Below, piece after piece: positions 1-9,019 of a DNA stretch of 64,000 bases. The stretch is taken from NCBI GenBank assembly GCA_903847095.1, contig CAINCQ010000024.1, positions 16,628-80,627 of the forward strand. The letters are read 5' to 3'. Origin of the DNA: an uncultured bacterium (GTDB lineage Bacteria > Patescibacteriota > Minisyncoccia > Minisyncoccales > UBA5738). The position numbers and the translations under genes are program-made. Every line of letters begins with the position of its first letter. Position 1 is the stretch's first letter. The notes beneath the pieces were generated by a model. The model did not search any database. It worked only from the letters and a program-made list of their open reading frames with translations, and had not been told where the DNA came from.

Positions 1-9
1 TTTATTTTC

Positions 10-1017
10 ATGGTGGAGGGTTTGTCGCAGATGTATATTACTGGCCCTGAGGTGGTCAAAAAAGTTACGGGTGAAGAAGTTAGCTTTGAGGATTTGGGCG
101 GGGCCAATACCCACGGTACCAAGAGCGGATGCGCCCATTTTGTTTTTGCCAACGAAAAGGAATGTTTTACGCAGGTAAAAAAGATATTGTCCTATCTTCC
201 GCAAAACAACATGGAGGATCCGCCGCGCCAAAAAAGCATTTTGGCAGAACTGTTCGAAAAGGAAGATAACCAGCGGTTGCTGGAATTGGTTCCCGAAGAG
301 AGCGAGAAGGGGTACGACATGAAAACCGTGATCGAGGAGCTTTTCGACAAGAATACTTTTTTTGAGGTGCAGCAAGGCTTTGCGATCAACTCTTTGGTTG
401 GTTTCGCCAGGCTTGGCGGAGTGGTTGTCGGAGTGGTTGCCAACCAGACCAAATTCATGGCTGGCGTTTTGGATATCGATTCTTCCGATAAAATAGCCAG
501 GTTCGTGCGTTTTTGCGATGCTTTCAATATTCCGATCATTAATTTGGTTGATACTCCCGGATATCTTCCGGGTATTAACCAGGAACATCTCGGGATCATC
601 CGCCACGGCGCCAAGGTTCTTTACGCTTACGCCGAGGCCACGGTGCCAAAGATCAGCGTTATCCTGCGCAAGGCTTTTGGAGGCGCTTATATCGCCCTAG
701 CCAGCCGCAAGCTGGGATACGACAAGGTGTTGGCCTGGCCGTCAGCTCAAATAGCCGTGATGGGAGCCGAACAGGCGGTCAAGATCATCTATAAAAGAGA
801 GATTGCCGAATCGAAAGATCCCGAAATTACCGAAAAGGAAAAGATCGAGGAGATCAAAAAATTATTCTTGAATCCGATGCAGGCCGCTAAGCTTGGCCAG
901 GTGGATATGATCATCAACCCCAAGGATACGCGCCTGATCTTGATGAGATGCCTGGAACCCTTGCTTACCAAGCGGGAAGGCAAAGTGGCTCGCAAACACG
1001 GCAATGTGCCGTTGTAG
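10..1017 (+). CDS. Acyl-CoA carboxylase carboxyltransferase subunit (PccB/MmdA family), 5'-truncated by the window edge
   Basis: Motifs ITGPEVVKKVTGE, LGGA..H...SG, ARFVRFCDAFNIP, DTPGYLPG..QEH.GIIRHGAK, RKAFGGAY and C-terminal RKHGNVPL. Confidence 0.93.
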   Translation: MVEGLSQMYITGPEVVKKVTGEEVSFEDLGGANTHGTKSGCAHFVFANEKECFTQVKKILSYLPQNNMEDPPRQKSILAELFEKEDNQRLLELVPEESEKGYDMKTVIEELFDKNTFFEVQQGFAINSLVGFARLGGVVVGVVANQTKFMAGVLDIDSSDKIARFVRFCDAFNIPIINLVDTPGYLPGINQEHLGIIRHGAKVLYAYAEATVPKISVILRKAFGGAYIALASRKLGYDKVLAWPSAQIAVMGAEQAVKIIYKREIAESKDPEITEKEKIEEIKKLFLNPMQAAKLGQVDMIINPKDTRLILMRCLEPLLTKREGKVARKHGNVPL

Positions 1018-1065
1018 AAACATCCGAAGCATCTATGGGCTGGTCCGGCAGGTAATAAAAAAACT

Positions 1066-1512
1066 ATGCTCAGTATCCCCGTCAAGACTAAGATCGCCGC
1101 TTGGATAATGTTTAGCGTCGGTTCGGCTATTTTAATTTTTTCTCTATATTACCTGATGCAATTTGTCCGGCTTCTTTCTTTGGGATGCCCGCCTAATGAT
1201 GAATTTTGCAATGATTTTATCTACCGCCAGTCGATAAATATGATTTGCCGGTATGTTATACCTACGGGAGTTCTTTTTTTATTTGTCGCGGGCAGTCTGG
1301 CTTATAGGAAAAAATATGGTTGGTGGTTTGGAATCGCATCGATTTTTCTATTTGAAATATTTTATGCCTTATTTGTATTGCGGATAATAGATGTTTCAAT
1401 CGATCCATGGCTAATATTGATTTTACCGCCAGTTATGGTGTTTATCGCGTTTTTTCTTTTAATCGCCGACCGGAAAAATTATTTTATCGCGGTTGATGGC
1501 CCGAAAAAATGA
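1066..1512 (+). CDS. Hypothetical membrane protein (~4 TM helices)
   Basis: 148-aa ORF with four hydrophobic stretches. Confidence 0.7.
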   Translation: MLSIPVKTKIAAWIMFSVGSAILIFSLYYLMQFVRLLSLGCPPNDEFCNDFIYRQSINMICRYVIPTGVLFLFVAGSLAYRKKYGWWFGIASIFLFEIFYALFVLRIIDVSIDPWLILILPPVMVFIAFFLLIADRKNYFIAVDGPKK

Positions 1513-1627
1513 AATTCGTTTAAAATGGAAGCAATCTTTCAAGAAACGCTTGGATGAAAAGGAAAAAACATAAGAATATTTATCCGATCGTTTCGACATA
1601 TTCGGTTCAGGCTATCTTGGATTTCAT

Positions 1628-1656
1628 TGACAACATTGGATAAACTGCTACAATAT
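1628..1656 (+). promoter_or_regulatory. Sigma70-type promoter candidate upstream of nusA
   Basis: TTGACA followed by TACAAT/TATAGG-like -10 candidates at sigma70-like spacing. Confidence 0.45.
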
Positions 1657-1700
1657 AGGTAGTCCGTTGAGCAAACGGACATTGCTTTTAATAATATAAT

Positions 1701-1772
1701 AATCCGAAGCGCGAAGCGCGAAAGTCGAAACAAAAAAATTTTAGTTTCGAATTTCGGGTTTCGAATATTCGA
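1701..1772. repeat. Heptamer-repeat imperfect palindrome
   Basis: AATCCGA AGCGCGA AGCGCGA AAGTCGA ... TTTCGAA TTTCGGG TTTCGAA TATTCGA. Confidence 0.7.
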
Positions 1773-1783
1773 GGTAAATTTTG

Positions 1784-3157
1784 ATGGATATCAAAGCGTT
1801 TGGCCTGGCCATTGCCCAGATCGCCGAAGAAAAGGGTTTGGCCCGGGAAAAAATAATCGAGAGCATTGAAACCGCTTTGGCGGCCGCGTACAAAAAAGAA
1901 TATGGGGAAAAAAGCCAGGTGATCAAGGCCAAGTTGGATGTTAAAACCGGAAAAATGGAATTCTGGCAGGTTAAAACGGTTGTTGACCAGGGCATGCTTT
2001 ATACTGATGAGGAGTTGGAACAGCTGCAGGATAAGGCGATTGAGGCAAGCGAAGAAAAAATAAAATTCAATCCCGAAAAGCACGTAATGATCGAGGAAGC
2101 CCAAAAAGACAACGCCGATATTAAGGTCAATGACGAGATCAAGATTCCTCTGGAGGAAAAGGCGGATTTTGGCCGCATTGCCGCCCAGACCGCGAAACAG
2201 GTAATAATCCAAAAGATCCGGGAAGCGGAAAAAGAAAGCATTTTCCAGGATTTCAAACTCAAAGAAGGCGAGATTATGTCGGGCGTGATCCAGCGGCTCG
2301 AGGGAAAGACCGTGTTCATGGATATCGGAAAAACAATGGGTATTTTGAATCGCGAAGAACAGGTGATGGGGGAGTTTTACCGGCCCGCTCAACGGCTCAA
2401 GGTTTTCATTATGAAAGTGGAGCAGACATCGAAGGGCCCGGTGATCTTTTTGTCGCGCGCGTATCCTAAATTCGTTTCCAAGCTGTTCGAACTGGAAGTT
2501 CCCGAGGTTGCCTCCGGCCAGGTTTTGATCAAATCGATCGCCCGCGAGGCGGGGTCGCGCACAAAGATCGCCGTGGCATCGACCGCGGAAGGCATTGATC
2601 CGATCGGCGCGGCCGTAGGACAACGGGGAACCAGGGTGAGCGCCGTGATCAACGAACTGGGTGGAGAAAAGATCGATATCATCGAATATTCCGACGAGCC
2701 GGAAAAATACATCATCAACGCGTTGTCTCCGGCCAAAATCATGGAAGTGAGGATTCTTCCCAAGAACAAGGCGCTGGCCATTGTTCCCAACGATCAGCTT
2801 TCTTTGGCTATCGGAAAGGACGGCCAGAACGTCCGCCTGGCAGCCAAGCTTACCGGATGGAAGATCGATGTCCGCGGTCACGAAAATCTTGACGAGGAAG
2901 CTTTGGCTCTCGAAATGAAAGAAGCCATTAGGGAAGAAGAGGCGGAACGGTTGGCGAGGGAAGGAAAAGGGAAGAGTGAAAAAGCCGCGGAAACGCCAAT
3001 CGTGAGCGAAGAGGTCGTAAAAACCGGGGAGAAGGAAGAGAAGAAAGCGAAAAAGACAAAAAAGGCAAAAACCGGGGAGAAGATCGAAGAGATTGCCGGA
3101 GACAAGCCAAAAAAGGAAAAAAAGGCGAAATCTAAAACCAAAACAAAAGAAAAATAA
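1784..3157 (+). CDS. nusA: Transcription termination/antitermination factor NusA with Lys/Glu-rich C-terminal tail
   Basis: FGRIAAQTAKQVIIQKIREAE, AREAGSRTKIAV, GEKIDII, LSLAIGKDGQNVRLAAKLTGWKIDV. Confidence 0.97.
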   Translation: MDIKAFGLAIAQIAEEKGLAREKIIESIETALAAAYKKEYGEKSQVIKAKLDVKTGKMEFWQVKTVVDQGMLYTDEELEQLQDKAIEASEEKIKFNPEKHVMIEEAQKDNADIKVNDEIKIPLEEKADFGRIAAQTAKQVIIQKIREAEKESIFQDFKLKEGEIMSGVIQRLEGKTVFMDIGKTMGILNREEQVMGEFYRPAQRLKVFIMKVEQTSKGPVIFLSRAYPKFVSKLFELEVPEVASGQVLIKSIAREAGSRTKIAVASTAEGIDPIGAAVGQRGTRVSAVINELGGEKIDIIEYSDEPEKYIINALSPAKIMEVRILPKNKALAIVPNDQLSLAIGKDGQNVRLAAKLTGWKIDVRGHENLDEEALALEMKEAIREEEAERLAREGKGKSEKAAETPIVSEEVVKTGEKEEKKAKKTKKAKTGEKIEEIAGDKPKKEKKAKSKTKTKEK

Positions 3158-4038
3158 TGAACAAAGCAACGGTTAGCAAATTACCGAAATCAAAGATCGA
3201 AACCCTGGTAGAGATACCGATCGAGGAATTCGATAAATTCATGGATGCCGCTCTCGCCGAATTCGTAAAAGAGCTTGACGTAGAAGGTTTCCGCAAGGGA
3301 ATGGCTCCCAAGGAGCTTGTCGCACGCAAGGCCGGTGACGCGCGGATTATTGAAAGGGCGTCAAAGATCGCTATCGAGGATAGTTATCCCAAGGTTCTTT
3401 TGGAGAATAAACTTGAACCGCTGGGCTATCCGGAGATCGAGATCGTTAAATTGGCCAGAGGCAATCCTTTTGAATACAAATTCATTATTTCGGTTTTTCC
3501 GGAAGTAGCGCTGGGCGACTACAAGGAGGTTGCCAAACAGATTACTTTCAAGGAGCCTGAAGTCAATGACGAGGATATCAAGCGGTTGAAAATGGAAAAG
3601 GCCCAGCATGAAAAGGAGCATATCCGCGAGGATTTGCTCGACAAGCTCCGCGAGATTGCCAAGATCGAGATCCCGGAAGTAATGGTAGCGCGCGAGACCG
3701 AGCGGATGATGGAGGATTTGCGCAAAAAAACCCCGCAAGCTTTGAATATGCCTTTTGAGGAATATTTGAAGAAGATCAAAAAGACCGAAGACGAATTGAG
3801 GGTTACTTTCAATGAAGATAATGAAAAAAAGATCGGTAATTTCCTGATTCTCCAGGAAATCGCCAAAATAGAAAAGATCGAGCCTACCGAAAAAGAGATC
3901 GGGGACGTGATAGAAAAAGTCACGGCTGGCGAGCCTAAGGAGAACCTCGATTTGAATTATTTGAACGAATATTACAAAGACGTCGTAAAAAACGAGAAAG
4001 TTTTTGATTTTCTCGAGGGTTTGTTTAAAAAAGCTTAA
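3157..4038 (+). CDS. tig: Trigger factor, short form apparently lacking the FKBP PPIase domain
   Basis: Ribosome-binding motif GFRKGMAP; C-domain-like IEIPEVMVARE; directly upstream of clpP; only 293 aa. Confidence 0.88.
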   Translation: MNKATVSKLPKSKIETLVEIPIEEFDKFMDAALAEFVKELDVEGFRKGMAPKELVARKAGDARIIERASKIAIEDSYPKVLLENKLEPLGYPEIEIVKLARGNPFEYKFIISVFPEVALGDYKEVAKQITFKEPEVNDEDIKRLKMEKAQHEKEHIREDLLDKLREIAKIEIPEVMVARETERMMEDLRKKTPQALNMPFEEYLKKIKKTEDELRVTFNEDNEKKIGNFLILQEIAKIEKIEPTEKEIGDVIEKVTAGEPKENLDLNYLNEYYKDVVKNEKVFDFLEGLFKKA

Positions 4039-4143
4039 AACGTAAAGCGAAAAGCGCAAAACGACAATTTAAAACAAAAAACATCGCAAGATGTTCGAAT
4101 TTTAAGATGTTGCTTTAAGCTTTTTATCTTTAGTTTTGCGTTG
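4036..4143. repeat. Heptamer-repeat imperfect palindrome between tig and clpP
   Basis: TAAAACG TAAAGCG AAAAGCG CAAAACG on the left, T-rich complementary heptads (CTTTAAG...TTTTGCG) on the right. Confidence 0.6.
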
Positions 4144-4150
4144 ACAAAAT

Positions 4151-4735
4151 ATGAACCTTATACCTACTGTTATCGAAAAGACCCAATATGGAGAGCGGGC
4201 CTATGACATTTATTCCCGCCTGTTAAAAGATAGGATAGTTTTCCTGGGCGGGCAAGTCAATGATGTCGTGGCCAATTCCATAATCGCCCAATTCCTGTTC
4301 TTAGCTTCCAAGGATGAAAAAAAAGACATTCAGTTTTATTTGAATAGTCCCGGAGGGTCGGTTACGGCCGGTTTGGCGATCTATGACACAATGCAACACG
4401 TCAAATGCCCGGTATCGACCGTTTGCGTTGGGATGGCTGCTTCGATGGGCGCCGTTCTGTTGGCCGCGGGCGCCAAAGGCAAGCGTTTCGCGCTTCCCAA
4501 TTCCGAGATCATGCTTCATCAGGTGATGGGCGGAGTTTCCGGCGAAGCGGTCGAGATTGAGATCACGGCAAAACAAATAATCAAGATTCGCGAGAAATTG
4601 AACACGATAATTGCCAAACATACCGGCCAGGATGTCAAAAAAATAGCGAATGATACCGACAGAGATTTTTATCTCTCAGCCGAGGAAGCAAAGGAGTATG
4701 GCCTGATCGACGAAGTGATTAAAACCAAGGATTAA
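4151..4735 (+). CDS. clpP: ATP-dependent Clp protease proteolytic subunit
   Basis: [29 protein letters not shown] (catalytic Ser), [22 protein letters not shown]. Confidence 0.98.
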   Translation: MNLIPTVIEKTQYGERAYDIYSRLLKDRIVFLGGQVNDVVANSIIAQFLFLASKDEKKDIQFYLNSPGGSVTAGLAIYDTMQHVKCPVSTVCVGMAASMGAVLLAAGAKGKRFALPNSEIMLHQVMGGVSGEAVEIEITAKQIIKIREKLNTIIAKHTGQDVKKIANDTDRDFYLSAEEAKEYGLIDEVIKTKD

Positions 4736-4740
4736 AACAA

Positions 4741-4775
4741 AAAAACGCTCTCTTTAAAACGGGGGCGTTTTTTTT
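4741..4775 (+). terminator. Probable intrinsic terminator after clpP
   Basis: aaaaacgctc...gggcgttttt hairpin with T run. Confidence 0.6.
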
Positions 4776-4887
4776 CTGGTTATTCCAAAAAAAGAACGGC
4801 TATGGTATGATCAATAATAGGTAATTTTCATAACGCCAACGTCTTAGTAGGGCAATGGGCCCGAGGAGGCGGGAAGCGTCCCTTCAA

Positions 4888-6240
4888 ATGGAATTAAAAA
4901 ATAGTCGTAGCCGCGTTTTGTTTTTAGTTTCAGTTTTATTAGCGGTTGTCTGCGTTTTATCTCCTTATTACGCGTTGGCGAAATCGGGAGATAACGTTTC
5001 TGGTTTTGCCTGGTCCGAAAACATCGGCTGGGTCAGTTCGAATTGTACCGATACCGCGACTTGCGGAACAAGCGATTACGGAATTAATATAGGCGCCGGC
5101 GGAAAGTTGTCGGGTTACGCCTGGTCCGAGAACATCGGCTGGATCACGTTTAACGAAGATGATCTTACCGGGTGTCCGACTGCGCCCTGCGTAGCTTCTG
5201 TAGATTTAGGTTGCCCCGCCGGCCAATGTACGGTAAGCGGTTGGGCAAGAGTATTGGCTAATGGAGGCGGTTGGGACGGATGGATAAAATTGGGGGGCAT
5301 AGCCGATGACGGGAGCCCTTATCCTTTGTACATCGACTCTGCCACAGGAGAGTTTCGCGGTTGGGCATGGTCGGACCAGGTTTTGGGTTGGCTTAGCTTC
5401 AATTGTCTCGATAGGGCCATTTGCGGAACCTCTAACTACAAACTAAAGACGACGTTAGGCTTTGCCCGCTCGCCCATAGCGGCTATGGCCTGCGACGGCG
5501 GCCAATGCGCTGGCGGAACGTGTAATGCGACAACCTGGATATCTTATCGTCCCGTGGCTGATCCGACGCCCTGTATTTACAGGATCGTCAACAAATCCAC
5601 GGATCCGGACGGGGCGAGCGATATAGTAAGATCCGAATGGGTTTACAAAGTTCAAGGGTCCGACGACTCGACCTATCAAGCAATATCGGGTTGTCCGAGT
5701 TTCAATGGAATAAGCGATTGTACCCTTCAGTCTGGTGTTGCCGCCGGTAATTATACGATCAAATTAACGGTTAAGGATGCCGCCGGTAATTCAAGTTCAG
5801 CGACTCACGACATTACTATCAAAGCCGAAGTGGCGGCTGGTTTTATGTGTTCCCTGGATAATATCAATTGGCGGGACTGCGGGCCTTTGTCGGGAAAGAT
5901 AGCGAAAAACACAACGATTTATTTTAAGGATGATCCGTCTTTAACCATACATTCGGTAGCCAGTGATGGCGAATCGATCACAACCAGGGAATGGACTTGG
6001 AACGGGGTGGTTTTGGGCGGAAACAGCGGATCTGTTTCAACCACGGTGGTTGGAAAAATCAATAAAATCAGATTGAACGTGACCGATTCCGCCGGAAGGT
6101 CCGACTATTTGGAATACGACCTGAACGCAAAATCCATTCCGGATTGGGAGGAGGTAACCAAGGTTGTTCCTGAACCGAAAAAGACAAATCTGATTGGTTT
6201 TCTGTTGGAACGGTTTGTGGCCGGAGTATATCGTTTTTAA
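4888..6240 (+). CDS. Secreted Cys-rich surface protein with G[FYW]AWS(E/D)xxGW repeats and PKD/Ig-like C-terminal domains
   Basis: Signal peptide ending YALA; three AWSENIGW/AWSDQVLGW-type repeats; YTIKLTVKD PKD-like strand. Confidence 0.75.
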   Translation: MELKNSRSRVLFLVSVLLAVVCVLSPYYALAKSGDNVSGFAWSENIGWVSSNCTDTATCGTSDYGINIGAGGKLSGYAWSENIGWITFNEDDLTGCPTAPCVASVDLGCPAGQCTVSGWARVLANGGGWDGWIKLGGIADDGSPYPLYIDSATGEFRGWAWSDQVLGWLSFNCLDRAICGTSNYKLKTTLGFARSPIAAMACDGGQCAGGTCNATTWISYRPVADPTPCIYRIVNKSTDPDGASDIVRSEWVYKVQGSDDSTYQAISGCPSFNGISDCTLQSGVAAGNYTIKLTVKDAAGNSSSATHDITIKAEVAAGFMCSLDNINWRDCGPLSGKIAKNTTIYFKDDPSLTIHSVASDGESITTREWTWNGVVLGGNSGSVSTTVVGKINKIRLNVTDSAGRSDYLEYDLNAKSIPDWEEVTKVVPEPKKTNLIGFLLERFVAGVYRF

Positions 6241-6241
6241 C

Positions 6242-6510
6242 TTTATCGGGGCAATATCCCGCTGCCGTGTTTCGGGGTTTTGTGCCAAGAGGATTTTTTT
6301 CCGCGGAATGTGGGTGAGTCAACCGGAAAATACAAAATTTATCGTTTCTCATTTTTGTAAAAAAAAGAAAGCCGACAGCAAATACCTCCAAACGCTTTTT
6401 TTGCCAACTTAGCCTGGACTCGTTTTATGTTTAACCAAGTCCGTCCGGCGAGGGTTTTATTGGGAAATACCCCGCATATGCTGTGTATCGGGGGTTTCCA
6501 AGAGGATTCC
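6242..6510 (+). repeat. Two copies (6242-6295, 6455-6510) of a hairpin-containing ~55-bp dispersed repeat
   Basis: TTTATYGG-n-ATAYCCCG-n-CGGGGTTT-n-CCAAGAGGATT; third copy at 63638-63694. Confidence 0.65.
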
Positions 6511-6816
6511 AAAGGGGTGTCCCCTTTGGTCGCAAGATCGGGGGTTAATACCCCGATCGCGGAGTCAAATGAAAAATATAAAATTTATTTCTGCGGTCGG
6601 TTCGATCCCGTATAAAAAAATTACCGGTTTTTTCTAGACCAGTTCGGATGGCGTAAAGAGGCAATTCTTGAACCGCCGGAAAGCTGTTTAAATTGAAAAT
6701 TCATCAGCCGTATCAAAAAAAGGAAAACCGAACCTGGCTTCCGTTCGCGATCTAATCGTTAAAAACTTTTTTGGCAAAGCCATGAAAGGCGGGTAGCCGG
6801 ATTCGCGATCAAAATC

Positions 6817-8337
6817 ATGAATTCATTTATTATAGACGTCATTATCTTGGTTGTTGGTTTATTTTTGGGTTATTACGCTCGCCAGATGATCGCGATAAAA
6901 AGAGCGGGTAATATCGAAAAGGTTCTTGCCAACAAGATCCAAAAAGCGAAGTTAGAAGCTCAAAAGATCCTTACCGAGGCCGAGGATAAAACGCAGAAAC
7001 TTACGGAAGCGACAAAAAACGAGATCCAGCAGAGGCATAAAGAGCTTATCAGGACCGAGTCGCTGGTTCTAAAAAGAGAAAGTATGCTGGAGCAAAAGAT
7101 CACGGAATTCGAGATTAAAGAAAAAGACTTTCAGGAGAAGATAAAGAAACTTAGAGCGTTGAAGGAAAACCTGGAAGAGGTTCATAAGCAGGCGGTGGAT
7201 AACTTGGAACGCGTTGCCGGATTGACCAAATCCGACGCCAAAAAGGAGCTGTTCGAAGCTTTAGAAAAAGAATATCAGCGCGATTTGCTCAATAAAGTCC
7301 GTGGGCTTGAAGCGGAAGGAATAGAGCGATTCAAAAAGAGGGCCAAAGAGATCCTGGTTCACGCGATCCAAAAATTCGCCCTTTCCCAGGCGCAAGAAGT
7401 TACTACTTCAATAGTGAGTCTTCCGTCCGACGACATCAAGGGGAGGATCATCGGTAAAGAAGGCCGGAACATTCGAACCTTGGAAAGACTTACGGGGGTC
7501 GAGGTGATCATCGATGAGACCCCAGAAACGGTGGTTATCTCCGGTTTTGATCCTACGCGCCGGCAGATCGCCAAGATCGCCTTGGAGAAATTGATACAAG
7601 ATTCGCGCATTCAGCCGGCTCGTATCGAGGAAATGGTCAAATTGGCCGAAGAGGAGATTGCCAGCCAGATCAAAGAAGCGGGTGAGCAGGCATGTTATGA
7701 TGTTGGGATCCTTGATCTTCCCCCAAGACTGGTCCAGCTGCTTGGACGGCTGCGTTTTAGGACAAGTTATGGCCAGAATGTTTTACTGCATTCCATGGAA
7801 GTTGCGCATTTGGCGGGAACTCTTGCTGCCGAGGTGGGAGGGAACGTCCGAATCGCCAAAAAAGCCGGATTGCTCCACGATATCGGTAAATCGATCGACC
7901 AGCAGATCGAGGGTTCCCATGTGGAAATAGGCATAAAAATACTGGAGAAATTCAATATTGATCCGGCGGTGATTCTGGCTATGAGGTCCCATCATGAAGA
8001 ATTTCCTTACGAAGGATTGGAAGGAATACTGGTCCAAGCCGCTGACCAGATTTCAGGAGCGCGGCCGGGAGCCCGGAAAGACACGGTTGAAAATTACTTG
8101 AAACGATTGAGCGAATTGGAAGGTATTGCCACTTCGTTCACCGGAGTCGAAAAAGCTTGGGCGTTGCAAGCGGGCCGGGAAATAAGGGTTTTCGTGAGGC
8201 CAAAGGAAATTGATGATTGGGGGGCAAAGAAAATGGCCAGGGATATCGCCAAAAGGATCGAGGAGGAATTAAGATATCCAGGAGAGATCAAGGTAAATGT
8301 CATCCGCGAAACGAGAGTGACCGAATACGCGAAATAA
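6817..8337 (+). CDS. rny: Ribonuclease Y
   Basis: N-terminal TM, coiled coil, KH domain KGRIIGKEGRNIR, HD domain RTSYGQNVL.HS..LLHDIGK, QAGREIRV. Confidence 0.97.
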   Translation: MNSFIIDVIILVVGLFLGYYARQMIAIKRAGNIEKVLANKIQKAKLEAQKILTEAEDKTQKLTEATKNEIQQRHKELIRTESLVLKRESMLEQKITEFEIKEKDFQEKIKKLRALKENLEEVHKQAVDNLERVAGLTKSDAKKELFEALEKEYQRDLLNKVRGLEAEGIERFKKRAKEILVHAIQKFALSQAQEVTTSIVSLPSDDIKGRIIGKEGRNIRTLERLTGVEVIIDETPETVVISGFDPTRRQIAKIALEKLIQDSRIQPARIEEMVKLAEEEIASQIKEAGEQACYDVGILDLPPRLVQLLGRLRFRTSYGQNVLLHSMEVAHLAGTLAAEVGGNVRIAKKAGLLHDIGKSIDQQIEGSHVEIGIKILEKFNIDPAVILAMRSHHEEFPYEGLEGILVQAADQISGARPGARKDTVENYLKRLSELEGIATSFTGVEKAWALQAGREIRVFVRPKEIDDWGAKKMARDIAKRIEEELRYPGEIKVNVIRETRVTEYAK

Positions 8338-8386
8338 CATAAGCACAATCGATCTAATCTATCAACCGACCAAACGAGAAAAAAAG

Positions 8387-8419
8387 AAAGGACCGCTTAA
8401 AGCGGTCCTTTATTTTTTT
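8387..8419. terminator. Bidirectional intrinsic terminator between rny and the convergent tRNAs
   Basis: aaaggaccgc-ttaaa-gcggtccttt perfect stem flanked by A and T runs. Confidence 0.8.
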
Positions 8420-8422
8420 CAC

Positions 8423-8480
8423 GGAGCGGGTGATGGGAATATTTCCCCGCAGAAAAGCGGGGGCCCTGGTTCCCATCACC
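8423..8480 (-). repeat. Duplicated tRNA-Gly 3' end embedded in a hairpin
   Basis: 8423-8440 identical to 8522-8539 (18 bp); 8470-8480 is the inverted complement of 8429-8439. Confidence 0.8.
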
Positions 8481-8520
8481 AATACGATCAAAACCAGCCT
8501 TTCGGCCGGTCTTGATACCA

Positions 8521-8594
8521 TGGAGCGGGTGATGGGAATCGAACCCACGTCACAAACTTGGAAGGTTTGGGCTCTACCATTGAGCTACACCCGC
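8521..8594 (-). tRNA. tRNA-Gly(TCC), CCA encoded
   Basis: Cloverleaf GCGGGTG...CAAAC-CTTCCAA-GTTTG...GGTTCGATTCC...CACCCGCTCCA. Confidence 0.96.
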
Positions 8595-8697
8595 GGATCG
8601 AAACTGCCGTATTGTTGGAATTCAATAATTTTTTTTCGGGGTGCCCGGATTATCCGCCAGAGGCGGATGCGCCTCTGGCGAGAATCTGATTCTGTCT

Positions 8698-8768
8698 TCG
8701 GGGTGCTGGGATTCGAACCCAGATCAAATCCTCCCAAAGGACTCGTGCTGCCGTTGCACTACACCCCG
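8698..8768 (-). tRNA. tRNA-Pro(TGG)
   Basis: Cloverleaf CGGGGTG...AGTCC-TTTGGGA-GGATT...GGTTCGAATCC...CACCCCGA. Confidence 0.93.
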
Positions 8769-9019
8769 ATCAAAACTTGAATATATAAAAAAACAGAAAA
8801 AAACAAAAAACTTTCGTTCCTTTCACGAATATAATATCTCTTTGTGCTTGTTTAGTCAACGGCGAGCGCCGCAGTCAAAGTTTCCCGCCATAGGCAGAAA
8901 GGTCTGATAAAATTGCGCTTTCTGCGACCGGTTCAAAGGAACGGATCCGTAATGGCGGTATGGGCATTTTCCAACATTCGTATTTTTTAGTATAATAAAT
9001 AATACAAGCTGATCCTTAA

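Noticed and set aside
1688..3169. 493-aa minus-strand ORF
   Set aside because: Antisense shadow of nusA with no recognisable motifs. The same applies to the many antisense ORFs over tig, pilB, APH and pheT.
6068..6615. Short ORFs between the surface-protein gene and rny
   Set aside because: They run through palindromic repeats and show no protein-like features.
8354..8907. ORFs 8354-8548, 8430-8780 and 8641-8907
   Set aside because: They overlap tRNA-Gly, tRNA-Pro and their duplicated ends, so they are spurious.
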